The notes beneath the pieces are model-generated. The model was given only the letters and a program-made list of their open reading frames with translations. It ran no database searches and had not been told where the DNA came from. A program made the translations under genes and the position numbers. Shown here piece after piece: positions 44,472-54,393 of a DNA stretch of 64,000 nucleotides. The first letter of the stretch is position 1. Every line of letters starts with the position of its first letter. The DNA is from an uncultured delta proteobacterium (GTDB lineage: Bacteria > Desulfobacterota > Binatia > UBA9968): the NCBI GenBank assembly GCA_963847445.1, contig CAWJZV010000046.1:384001-448000 (forward strand), in the 5' to 3' direction.

Positions 44472-46670
44472 TCAGTCCTGGCTCTGATCTCTTCTGGCTA
44501 GCAAGGATTCAACCTGATCATCGGATAGTCCTTCGATTTTCTTCAAAACCGCATCAAGTTCATCGACGCTGGCTGCATCGGCTTGTGCCATTAGAATCTC
44601 TCGGCAGAGTCCGCCAATAGTAAGTTTAGTCGTAAAGAATAGTCTCACTGGGAGCTCAACGCCCAAATCTTTTCGGATGCGGGAGAGAACCTGCATACCG
44701 AGAAGGGAGTGACCTCCCAAATCGAAAAAGTTGTCATCGACGCCAATACGCTCCAATCCCAGCAACTCCGACCACATGTGAGCCAGACGGTACTCGAGCG
44801 GAGAACGCGGAGGCACGAACGGCACGACGTCCCGCGGCAGAGGACGGCGCGTTTGTAAAACCACCTGGTGGATTCGCTCGGCGTCATTAAGTTCAATGGC
44901 AATAGAACTTAACAGCGACGCCTTTTCTCGGGCATCTCCCGAATCGGCGGAAATGACCGAAGGAGCCTCGTTCTCGGCGCTCGTCGCGGTGATTGTCGCC
45001 GCCTCCGGCGGCCGGTATTCGATGGCCGCCGCATACACGGCGGGAAATCTGAAAAGAAAACCTCCGTCAATTGTTTCCTTCAAATCCGCGCCGACAATCT
45101 CCAAAAACTCCAAGGCGGGGCGATTTTTCTTGGTTTGGAGATAGCGCACTTCGACTCGGTTTAAACCTCGCTGCATGGCAATTTCGCCTAGTCTCGACAG
45201 CAGGCGATGCTCGACGCCTTTGCCGAGCGCGCGACAGCTCAGCAGGAAGGTGTCCACGAGAATGCCATCAACGGCGGTAAAAATTATCACGCCAACGAGG
45301 CCATAGTCGCCAAACCGGTCTCTCAGGTTTACGATGAGACACTCCGCGTCGTGTCCTTGACAGAGGCGCTGAATGTCGCTCTCGGAACGTCGCTGGGTCG
45401 TAAAGTTAAACTGATTGGTTCTCTGGGTTAATTCCGCCACGCGGGGAATTTGCTGCGGAACTAATGGCGAAATCTCAATTTTCAGATCGAGACCCGCTAG
45501 AAAATCCCTGAAACTAAGCGATGCATTGTGAAAGCTCGTCCGCTCTGAGCTCTGTTTGTAGGCTAGATTGCGTTGTTGCCCCTCGGCGGTGACCTTGAGA
45601 TGATCAAAGATCCACAGATGTGATAAAAACCGCCCCGCCTGTTCCGGGTCCCGCGGAACTTGGAAGGTTAACACTTCAGGGCAGTGCGATTGCACTTCCG
45701 CGCACTCGACAGGATCGTCATCGAGAAAGATGAAACTGTCGCTGCCGAGGTTCAACTCCTGCGCTAAAGCTCTGATGTTTTCCGATTTTTGCCGCCAATT
45801 GATTCGCCGGGCGACAAAATGTTCGAGTTTCAAAGGCATATCGGAACGATTTGCAAACACCTCGACGACATCCGCTTCATTGTTTTTGCTGCACAAACAA
45901 AGAAGCATTCCGGCATGATATTGTTCGAGCAGGAACTCTTGGATTTTTTTCCACGGCGGAGTTATCGCTATGCCAGCCGCGCCTTCTTCGCCGCATACCC
46001 CGCCCCAGAGCGTCTGATCGCAATCCAACACGATTACCTTATAGGGGTTGCTCGTAAGGCTGTAAATCTTCCGCGCGAGCATTGTCGCCAAGGCGCTGAA
46101 GAATAATGGCGTGTACGGGATATGGGCTAAACTGTCAGTGTGAGGATCATGATATTCCGCTACCGGATAGCAGGCGAATAGTTCAGCTGGCGAAATGACG
46201 TGGACTCCAGGTATTTCTTGCAATTCGGCCTGCAGCGACGCTGCTATATCTTCGAAAAATCGTTTTCTGTCCGGGTCCATCACAACCGCCGGTGACGCCG
46301 GACACAAACAGACGATCTGCGGCGTCGCCGAGCGCTCGGCGGCGGTTGTAACGGCGCGCGCAAAGTCGCGCGCGTCACGTTCGAGCGCCGGAAACGACAG
46401 TTCGGCAGCTTGCCGCCCTGCGGCACTCTTTTGCCAGTCTTCAAAGCATACCAGAATAATATTGACACCCGTGCGGTTGGTGCCGAGCAAGCTAGACGGA
46501 TCCACGAGCTGTTGAAATACCTGGTTGTACGGCGCAAAAGTGATCCGCGCCGGTATCTGGAGTTCCTCCAGCCAGAACGTCAGCGGTCGCTCGAGGGGCT
46601 CCGCCGTAAAGGTAGCAGTGATCGCAATCGTTCGCTCTGCGTTCCTAGGATCCAATTCATCATTCAACAT
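44472..46670 (-). CDS. FkbH-like HAD-IIIC glyceryl transferase fused to a C-terminal carrier protein
   Basis: KVIVLDCDQTLWGG, CSKNN, INW..KSENI, FIFLDDDP, ELTQRTNQFN, DRFGDYGLVG, FLLSCRALG; carrier motif FFDLGGHSL. Confidence 0.92.
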   Translation of the reverse strand: MLNDELDPRNAERTIAITATFTAEPLERPLTFWLEELQIPARITFAPYNQVFQQLVDPSSLLGTNRTGVNIILVCFEDWQKSAAGRQAAELSFPALERDARDFARAVTTAAERSATPQIVCLCPASPAVVMDPDRKRFFEDIAASLQAELQEIPGVHVISPAELFACYPVAEYHDPHTDSLAHIPYTPLFFSALATMLARKIYSLTSNPYKVIVLDCDQTLWGGVCGEEGAAGIAITPPWKKIQEFLLEQYHAGMLLCLCSKNNEADVVEVFANRSDMPLKLEHFVARRINWRQKSENIRALAQELNLGSDSFIFLDDDPVECAEVQSHCPEVLTFQVPRDPEQAGRFLSHLWIFDHLKVTAEGQQRNLAYKQSSERTSFHNASLSFRDFLAGLDLKIEISPLVPQQIPRVAELTQRTNQFNFTTQRRSESDIQRLCQGHDAECLIVNLRDRFGDYGLVGVIIFTAVDGILVDTFLLSCRALGKGVEHRLLSRLGEIAMQRGLNRVEVRYLQTKKNRPALEFLEIVGADLKETIDGGFLFRFPAVYAAAIEYRPPEAATITATSAENEAPSVISADSGDAREKASLLSSIAIELNDAERIHQVVLQTRRPLPRDVVPFVPPRSPLEYRLAHMWSELLGLERIGVDDNFFDLGGHSLLGMQVLSRIRKDLGVELPVRLFFTTKLTIGGLCREILMAQADAASVDELDAVLKKIEGLSDDQVESLLARRDQSQD

Positions 46671-46691
46671 TGTGTCTATTGCTCCATCGAT

Positions 46692-48192
46692 TTAGGCGAT
46701 GTGACCTGACCATAAATGTGCAGCAGCCTTACTGCTCTCGAGCTGGTGCACCGTCACGAGGCGTCCGACAACGGCTTCGGCGAGCGCGACGCGCGGATAG
46801 CGGCCCTGTGGCCCGCCCCCGGAAGCATCGATGTTTTTAGCGCCGGCGAGGTTGACCCAAAAGGGATCATCTTCGGTCCTCGGCTTATCTGGGCCGACCA
46901 TACGGCGCAGCGCGGCCGCGCTGCGCCAGCTTGCGGCTCCAACGGCAATCCAGCATTGGTAGCGGTCCGGACTAGTCGTTAAAGTCAAAAACGCGTGAGG
47001 TCGCACCGCTTCGGCTGCCTGAGAATCGAGTTGATCGACCATTACCATCAAGGGTTCGCCCGGCCGGTCATTGGTCAGAGGCCGGATCATAACGTTTAAG
47101 TTTCCGATCGTCTGCAGCTTGCAAATGCGCTGGCAATCTCTCGAATAGTTGGTCGGGATCTAAAGCAGCCTCGGAAACAAGCAACTCGCCGGAATCAGTC
47201 GTCAGCAACAAGTCAAACCGATCCTTATCGACAGACAAAAATAGCGCAATGATGAGCTGCGCCTGCTCCAAGCAGGAGCGGGAATCAGTCGGTCCAGTTT
47301 CGCGGACGTCGAGACCGGTCATCAGGCGACGGTGCCCTCGGGCCCAGCGTGAAGTTGTGTGATCCGCTTCAGGTGCAGTCTTGTCTGTAAAGAAGCGCAC
47401 GGTCGCGACGTTCCACTTTTGATTAAAATGCTGGACTGTCCTCAGGTTCCAAGCTTCACTCCAGCGCAACATGAAATAGGGTAGATCCGACTCTTCACAA
47501 GGAGGCGGCGGAACGTAGCTGGTGACCGCCGTCGGCTCGATGTATACCGCTCCTCCGGCCTTTTGCACTTCCAAACACAGGTCAATGTGCTCCTGGTGGC
47601 TCAATAACTTTTCATCCAGCGGGCCGAGTTTCGCGAACACGTCCGTGCGAACCAACATGCAATGGAATTCCGCGTAGTCCCAAGCGCTTCTTTGGAGCGG
47701 CACTTCTAGGTTAGCCATGGGAGTATCGAAAAGATATTGCTCGTCGTAAAGCACTCTTTGCCCTTGTTGCTCGGTGAATTTTAAAATTCCCCCCGCCATG
47801 TGGATCTTCTGGCGCTCGATCTCACCAAAAAGATAAAGCGGTCCGACAATCCATGCTCCTGTTTCTTCGGCGCATTGCACTAAGGCCTCGAGCCAACCGC
47901 GCGTGACCAGCGCATCATTGTCCACGAAGACGATGTATTCGGTGCTGATCTCGCTGGCGCCGAGATTTCGCGCTTGGTTAGGCGACAAAAATTGGTCCGT
48001 GTGGATAAGTTTGAAGCCCTTTGATTCCGCCTTCGCTGCGATCCGACGGTACATAGGTTCGGGGGTGCCGGCGCTGACGTAAATCAGTTTGAAAGGAAGT
48101 GTCGTTTCCTGGTAAACGTTTTCGAGGGTGCGCTCACTATGGCTGAAACGCTCCCTCGGTACTATCACGACGGTGACTTGTGGTTCTGACAT
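46692..48192 (-). CDS. GT2 glycosyltransferase with C-terminal RepB'-primase-like domain; one frameshift near 47096
   Basis: GT2: VVIVPRERF, SPNQARNLG, VFVDND, EFHCML, EHIDLC. Removing one A gives ...DDRKL-NVMIRP... in frame with ORF 46692-47090 (MVDQLD, TTSPDRYQCW, LAGAKN). Confidence 0.75.
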
Positions 48193-48582
48193 AATAAAAG
48201 ACTCAGGTATCGGCCGATCCCGTTGCAGATCATTCCAGCTTCTAACTTCCTTTTGCGGAATCTGACCGGCCGCATGCGGTCCTGACTTCTTGCTCCTTTT
48301 TGTCCATCACCGGCATTATCGTACATTATCCACGTATCCGCCAAGCGAATACATTATCGGCAGTCGATCGAGCTTCGGCGGTCTGAGCTGCAATATGACG
48401 GAGTTCGCTCTAGCGGTTAAAATCAGTCAGAGTCTTCGGGTCGGAAGTCTCAGGGCGGGTTCAGACTTCGTGACAAACTAAGCCTAGTCGCGCCTGCCGG
48501 TCGGTAGTGCAAAGCTCAAAATGAAATCCACGGGGGTTCGGTTTTTACCTTATCAGTTACCGCTGGCAAAACCCGAAAATGA

Positions 48583-49605
48583 TTAAGCTGATTGGGGCTT
48601 GGTTTTTCCCATTCCAAACGACTCCGCCAGCAGTTCGTAGGAGCGATGGCGCGGCGCGGGATCGTAAGTCCATGTGACCACGACCAGCTCGTCGAGGTCG
48701 AGACCTTTCGCGAGTTCTTTCAATCGCGTGGTGACCTGGTCTGAAGACCCGACAATCGCTTTCCGGTGTAACTTTTCCGCAATCGCCAATTCAGCGGGCG
48801 AATACGGGCGGGTGGCTTCCTCCGGCGACATCAGCGGCTGGCGGATGCCTAGTTTGCGATCGATCATGGCGCGCTCGCGCGATTTGAACTGGAACAGGGC
48901 TTCTGCTTCGGTATCGGCGGCCAGCGCCCAGACGCATATCGTGCAGATCGGCTTGGGATTATTTTCGCTCGGGCGATAGTTCTTGCGGTAAAGATCCAGT
49001 GCTTGCTCGACACCAAAGCCGTCGCTGAAGAAGTAGGCGAAGGCGTAGGGCAAACCAAAATAGGCCGCGAGTTGGGCGCCGTAGTCTGAGCTGCCGAGAA
49101 TCCACATCTCCGGACTCGTCGGTCCCGTCGGTTGGGCAACGATTTTCTGAAACGGGTGGCCTTCGGGCAGCGGTTTCCCGGACACCCAGTGTTGCAGCTC
49201 CTGGACTTGCCGGGGAAATTGATCATGGACATTCTGCGGGTTCGGATTGAGCGCGTAGGACGTCAATTGATCCGATCCGGGGGCGCGGCCGATACCCAGG
49301 TCGATGCGTCCCGGCGCGATGGCCTCCAGGACGCGGAACTGCTCGGCGACTTTCAGCGCCGAATAGTGCGGCAGCATGACGCCGGCGCTGCCGATACGGA
49401 TGCGCGGCGTGGTGGCGGCGATCGCCGCCATGAGGATCTCGGGCGCGGTGCCGACGATATTACCGGAGTTGTGATGCTCCGAGACCCAGTAGCGATGATA
49501 ACCCAGCGCGTCGCAATGGCGCGCGAGCTCGAGGGTCTCACGGATCGCATTGTCCTGCGCTCGGCCCTTGGCCGCCGTCGATTGATCGAGTACTGACAAT
49601 TTCAT
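48583..49605 (-). CDS. LLM-class flavin-dependent oxidoreductase (luciferase-like, group 1)
   Basis: MKLSVLDQS, RYWVSEHH, RIGSAGVMLPHYS, PGRIDLGIGRAPG, WILGSS. Confidence 0.92.
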   Translation of the reverse strand: MKLSVLDQSTAAKGRAQDNAIRETLELARHCDALGYHRYWVSEHHNSGNIVGTAPEILMAAIAATTPRIRIGSAGVMLPHYSALKVAEQFRVLEAIAPGRIDLGIGRAPGSDQLTSYALNPNPQNVHDQFPRQVQELQHWVSGKPLPEGHPFQKIVAQPTGPTSPEMWILGSSDYGAQLAAYFGLPYAFAYFFSDGFGVEQALDLYRKNYRPSENNPKPICTICVWALAADTEAEALFQFKSRERAMIDRKLGIRQPLMSPEEATRPYSPAELAIAEKLHRKAIVGSSDQVTTRLKELAKGLDLDELVVVTWTYDPAPRHRSYELLAESFGMGKTKPQSA

Positions 49606-49813
49606 GGATGACCTGCGTGTCGGGCACAGTTCATTGTCGAGTTTGTTGGGAAGAGCATTCATCACGAATAATACAGTGCGGCAAGGCCGCAACCAAACAC
49701 CGGAATATCTCGCGCCAAGCTCGCAAAGACCACCAAGTTGTGAGATCAAATCTCCTTGGGGCCGGGGTTGGGAGGCGTTCGCGTGCGCGCACTTGGCGCG
49801 AGAAACGCCTCGG

Positions 49814-50730
49814 TTAACCGAGCCGATCGCCGACGTTTAATCCCGCCTGTTTGGCAAATTCCGCAGCCGCTGACTCTTGGCGCCTGCGCCGCGGGCTTTT
49901 TTCACGGTTAGAGTGCCACCGTTGAGGGCGATGGTGATTTCTGCTCCACCGATGCCGGTCACCTGTCCGGCTGGCGCGGCATTATTGCCAGTCTGCAGCC
50001 GCGCGTCGAAGATGCGCACCAGCTTGCCGTTGTAGGTCGTGTGCGCGCCGGGTTGGGGGTCGCAGCCGCGGATTAGGTTATAAACTTCCTGCGCCGGTTT
50101 GGACCAGTCGATCTTGGCATGGGCGTCGTCGCAGATGGGGTCGTAATTGGCTTTGGATTCGTCTTGGACGATGCGCGGCGGGTTGCCGGCTTTGATGAGG
50201 TCGACCGCTTCGCCGATCGCTTCGATGCCCAGGGGAAAGATTTTGTTGAAGTACAACGATCCGGTGGTGTCGTCCGGCTCGATCTTCACTTCCTTTTGCA
50301 AGAGGATCGGCCCGGTGTCGATGCCTTTGTCGACCCAAAATAGCGAAAGTCCGGTGACCGATTCGCCTTTGATCAAGGCCCAGTTGATGGCGCTGGCGCC
50401 GCGATACTTGGGCAAAAGCGACGGATGAAAGCAGATGCTGCCGAGTTTTGGCACGCTGAAAACTTGCTGCGGGACGATCTGGGTGACGAACGCGAGAATC
50501 GCTAGATCGGCGTTCAACGCGACGAATTCGTCACACACTTCCGGCGCTTTGAAGGATTTAGGCTGGCGCACCTCGATGTGGAGATCGATGGCTTTCTGTT
50601 TTACCGGGTCGAATTTGCCGTTGGGCGGATCGGGCGGGCAATAGACCGCGACCACTTTCTCGCCTTTGCCGACGAGTTTTTCCAGAGTCTTTTCGGCAAA
50701 CGCCGCTTGTCCGATCAATATTATTCGCAT
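49814..50730 (-). CDS. Fmt-like formyltransferase / 10-formyl-THF hydrolase-domain protein; frameshift near the 3' end
   Basis: MRIILIGQAAF, GSICFHPSLLPKYRGASAINW, DKGIDTGPILLQ, NLIRGCDPQPGA. Confidence 0.82.
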
Positions 50731-50795
50731 TTGGTGAAACTCCGAAATTGTAGAGCTAGCGCGTTACGAAGACGAGCCACGATCACGATTTCTCG

Positions 50796-51323
50796 TTAGC
50801 CGATGATTTTAAAGTCGCCGCCCTTGTAGCTCCGGCATAGATTGACGTAGGTGGTTGAGCCCATCTTGATCCAGTGCAGCGCTTCGCCGGTAATTTCCTT
50901 CTTGACCTTGGCGGGCGCGCCGGCAGCGAGCACTCGAGGCGGGATGATCGTGTGCGGCGTTACCACGCTGCCGGCGCCGATCAGGGCTTCTTCGCCGATC
51001 TCGACATGTTCGAGCAGGGTGACGTTCATGCCGATGATCGCGCCGCGCTTGACCAGCGGACCTTCCATGATTGCGCCGTGGCCGATGGTGCAATCTTCTT
51101 CGATGATCGTCGGTGCTTCGCCGGAATGAATCACGCAGTTGTCTTGCACGCTGGTGCGGGCGCCGATGACGATGGGATTGGCGTTTTGATCCGAGCGCAA
51201 GACCGCGCCCCACCAGATGCTCGCTTCATCGCCGATGGTGACATCGCCGATGATCACTGCGGTGGGCGCGATGAACGCCGTGGGAGAAACATGGGGCCGT
51301 TTGCCTTTGTATTCGATGAGCAT
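50796..51323 (-). CDS. Gamma carbonic anhydrase family hexapeptide-repeat protein
   Basis: AFIAPTAVIIGDVTIG, VQDNCVIH, TIGHGA, AGAPAKV. Confidence 0.9.
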   Translation of the reverse strand: MLIEYKGKRPHVSPTAFIAPTAVIIGDVTIGDEASIWWGAVLRSDQNANPIVIGARTSVQDNCVIHSGEAPTIIEEDCTIGHGAIMEGPLVKRGAIIGMNVTLLEHVEIGEEALIGAGSVVTPHTIIPPRVLAAGAPAKVKKEITGEALHWIKMGSTTYVNLCRSYKGGDFKIIG

Positions 51324-51533
51324 GAAGAGCGAACCTCCGTAGATAAGTCACGATATTGGACGTGCCCGGGGAAATCAAGATTGTTGGTGCAATGTCGCGA
51401 GTGTGGATTGACTCGATTGGTAAAATTGTTAATGCTTTGCCAACTTTGCAGACCCTCAACCTAGCCCTCTCCCGCATGCCCGGGCGAGGGGAAAAGATTA
51501 GGAGAGCGGTCGATACCTATTGGAGGTTAGATT

Positions 51534-52601
51534 GTGAGATATTTTGCTGTCTTTGCGGTTTCGCTTTGGCCACTCATCGGTGCAGTGGACGTCGCGCTCG
51601 CGCAGACCCGCGAGGCGACTCTCGCGGCGCTGGGAAAACTTCCCGCCGCGGAGCGCCAGGCGCGTTTGGTCGAGGGGGCGAAGAAGGAGAACGGACTGGT
51701 TTGGTACTCGAGCACGACGGCGGAAGATGCGCTGGCGCTGAGCAAAAAGTTCAATGAGCAGCATCCGGCGATCAAGATCAATCACTTCCGTTCGTCCAGT
51801 GAGAAGTTGCTCGAACGGATTCTCGCCGAATCCCGCGCCAATGCTTTCAAAGCCGACATCGTTACCTTGCCCGAGCTGGAACTGTCGCTGATGATCCGGC
51901 GCAAACTGTTGCTGCGCTACGAAGCGGTAGAGAATTCTTTCTATCCCGCCGAGACCAAGGATCCGCGTGGTTTCTGGACCGGGCTGTACACCTCGGCGTG
52001 GGTGCCGGGCTACAACACCAAGCAGGTGGCCAAGGATCAGGCGCCGCGGACTTACAAAGATCTGCTCAACCCCAGGTGGAAGGGCAACATGGCGATGGAT
52101 AACGAGCCTTTCAACTGGTACGTGATCTCGCTCAATTATCTAGAAAAGCGCGACGGCAAGGAGGCCGCGGCCAACTACATGAAGCAACTGGCGGCGCAGC
52201 AGTTGCAATGGCGCAAAGGCCATTCGTTGATCGGCCAACTGATGGCGGCGGGCGAGTTTCCCCTCGCCGCCGAGCTGCAAGTGCACACCGTGGAGCGCGC
52301 CAAAGCGACCGGCGCACCGGTCGAATGGTCGGTGCTCGACGGCGTGATTCCGATTTCTAAAGTCGGCGCGGCGGTCACCAGTACCGGGAACAGTATTTAC
52401 ACTTCGGCGCTGTTTTTTGATTTTCTCTTGTCGCGCGGCGGCATGGAGACGATCCGCGCGAGCCGGCGGATCCCGACGCGGCCGGATGTCACGGCGCCGT
52501 ACTTAAAGCCGTACAAGCTCATCCCATTCGAGCCCCAGGCGATCGACGATTTCGACAAATACGTGACGTTGTTCCGCGATACCTTCAAGCCGGGAAATTA
52601 A
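51534..52601 (+). CDS. Orphan ABC substrate-binding protein (Fe3+/thiamine-like family)
   Basis: Signal peptide, GAKKENGLVWYSS, GYNTKQV, PRTYKDLLNPRWKG. Confidence 0.82.
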   Translation: MRYFAVFAVSLWPLIGAVDVALAQTREATLAALGKLPAAERQARLVEGAKKENGLVWYSSTTAEDALALSKKFNEQHPAIKINHFRSSSEKLLERILAESRANAFKADIVTLPELELSLMIRRKLLLRYEAVENSFYPAETKDPRGFWTGLYTSAWVPGYNTKQVAKDQAPRTYKDLLNPRWKGNMAMDNEPFNWYVISLNYLEKRDGKEAAANYMKQLAAQQLQWRKGHSLIGQLMAAGEFPLAAELQVHTVERAKATGAPVEWSVLDGVIPISKVGAAVTSTGNSIYTSALFFDFLLSRGGMETIRASRRIPTRPDVTAPYLKPYKLIPFEPQAIDDFDKYVTLFRDTFKPGN

Positions 52602-52740
52602 AATACTGGACACTGGAGAATGCAAAATTGACAACGCCGGTCGGAGTTAAGCGCGTGAGTGACTCTTGGCGTTGAGCTGGTCTCAATTCCTTCTACGGCG
52701 TGGCGCGGGTAGAAAGCCTTTCGTTGCTGTGGTTTAACTA

Positions 52741-54199
52741 TTGCGCCGCTCTGCATTTTGCCGCTACCGACCCGTGATTTCACCGTCATCGACTCATAAC
52801 AGCGAAACCATTCGCCGTCTGGTTCTGATCAATTCCATCTTGGGTGTGACCATCGCGGGAGCTTCCGCGCGGGTCTTCATGATCTCGGTGCCGACGCTGG
52901 CAACGGCGCTCGATACCGACATGTTGGGCATCTCTTGGGCGCTGATTGTTTACCAGATGGCAGGTATCGGCCTGGGCGTGATCTGCGGCCGGCTGGGAGA
53001 TATTCACGGCCACCACAAGACCTACGGGATCGGTATGTGGGTGATGGCGCTGGCTTCACTGCTCTGCGGCTTTTCACAAAATATCTGGCAGTTGATACTG
53101 TTCCGCTTTCTCCAGGGTATCGGCGGCGCGATAATTCAATCTTCGGGACGCACGCTGGCTTTTAAAGCGATGCCCGCCGGCGTCCGAAGGAAAAGCCCAG
53201 GGGTTGATGGCGATGTCCCATCAATTGGGCTTCTTTATCGGTCCCCCTATCGGCGGGCTGATCATCGATCTGGTGCATTGGCGCGGGGTTTTTTTTCTCC
53301 TGTTTGTCCCGAGTCTGGCGGGCGCGGCTTTGTGCATGATGACGGGGCGCGCCGCGGCTGCCGCACCAATGCGCCGGCAGGCGATCGATTACCGCGGCGC
53401 CTTGCTGCTCTTCGCCTTGACGGTACTCGCGACGTTGTTGCTTGATCAAAAAGTCGCCCAGGCGGTGGGCACCGGCAGCGAGCTGTTGTTGGGGTCGGTA
53501 TTTCTCGCCGCGCTGTGGCTTTTTCTTGTCCACGAAAAGCGCGCGCCCAGTCCGCTAGTCGATCTATCGATTTTCTCGGTTAAAGTTTTTGGCTATGGCT
53601 CGGTGGGGCTGTTGTTCTGCAACATCAACCAGGGCCTGTCCACCTTCATCACGCCTTTTTACCTGCAACAGGTGCTCAACTTATCGCCGACGTTCATGGG
53701 CGCGATTTTTCTCGTGCCGTCGTTGTTGAGCATGGTGTTGTCGCCGGTGAGCGGCGCTCTCACCGACCGCATCGGTTCGCGCTTGCTGTTGATTGTCGGC
53801 GTGCTGGTGCTGATGGCGAGCTTTATCATCGGCGCCTACCTGCGCAGCGATTCTCACTGGCTGCTGCCGACGATTTTGTTAGCTCTTACCGGTATCGGTT
53901 CGGCATTTTTCAACACGGCATCGCAGGCGGCGATGATCCGCGCCTTGCCCAAGGAAAATTGGGGCACGGCGATCGGCATCATCAACGGGGTTTTCGGTCT
54001 TGGCCATATGCTCGGCATTTCCTTGAGCGGCATCTTCTTGACCCTGGCGTTTCGCTACTACACCGGCGATGCCGGCGCGACGCCCGACCCGGCGAATAGC
54101 TCTTTGTTCGTGGCGGCGATGAATTTGACCTACGTCTTTGCTTTGGCGCTCGCCGTCATCCCTTTGTTTACCTCGACTAAGATCAAGGGCAGGGAATAG
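52741..54199 (+). CDS. MFS transporter (DHA2-like); frameshift near 53180
   Basis: GRLGDIHG and GALTDRIGSR motif-A copies; many TM segments. Confidence 0.85.
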
Positions 54200-54209
54200 C
54201 GCGGCGCCA

Positions 54210-54237
54210 GTGTCGTCAGCAACGTGTCGTCAGCAAC
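54210..54237. repeat. Perfect 14-bp tandem duplication
   Basis: GTGTCGTCAGCAAC x2. Confidence 0.8.
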
Positions 54238-54393
54238 CGTAAATTTAGGCGCGCGACTCTTGTCATAGAGCTGAAATTTTTATTTTGGACTGCGCCCCTC
54301 CGACTGCAGAGATTTCACCAAGAATTGAAGGGGAGCCTGATCGGTTCAGTTCTGGTTGAGTGTGGGTCACGAATAAGCGTTAGAACCGGCGCG

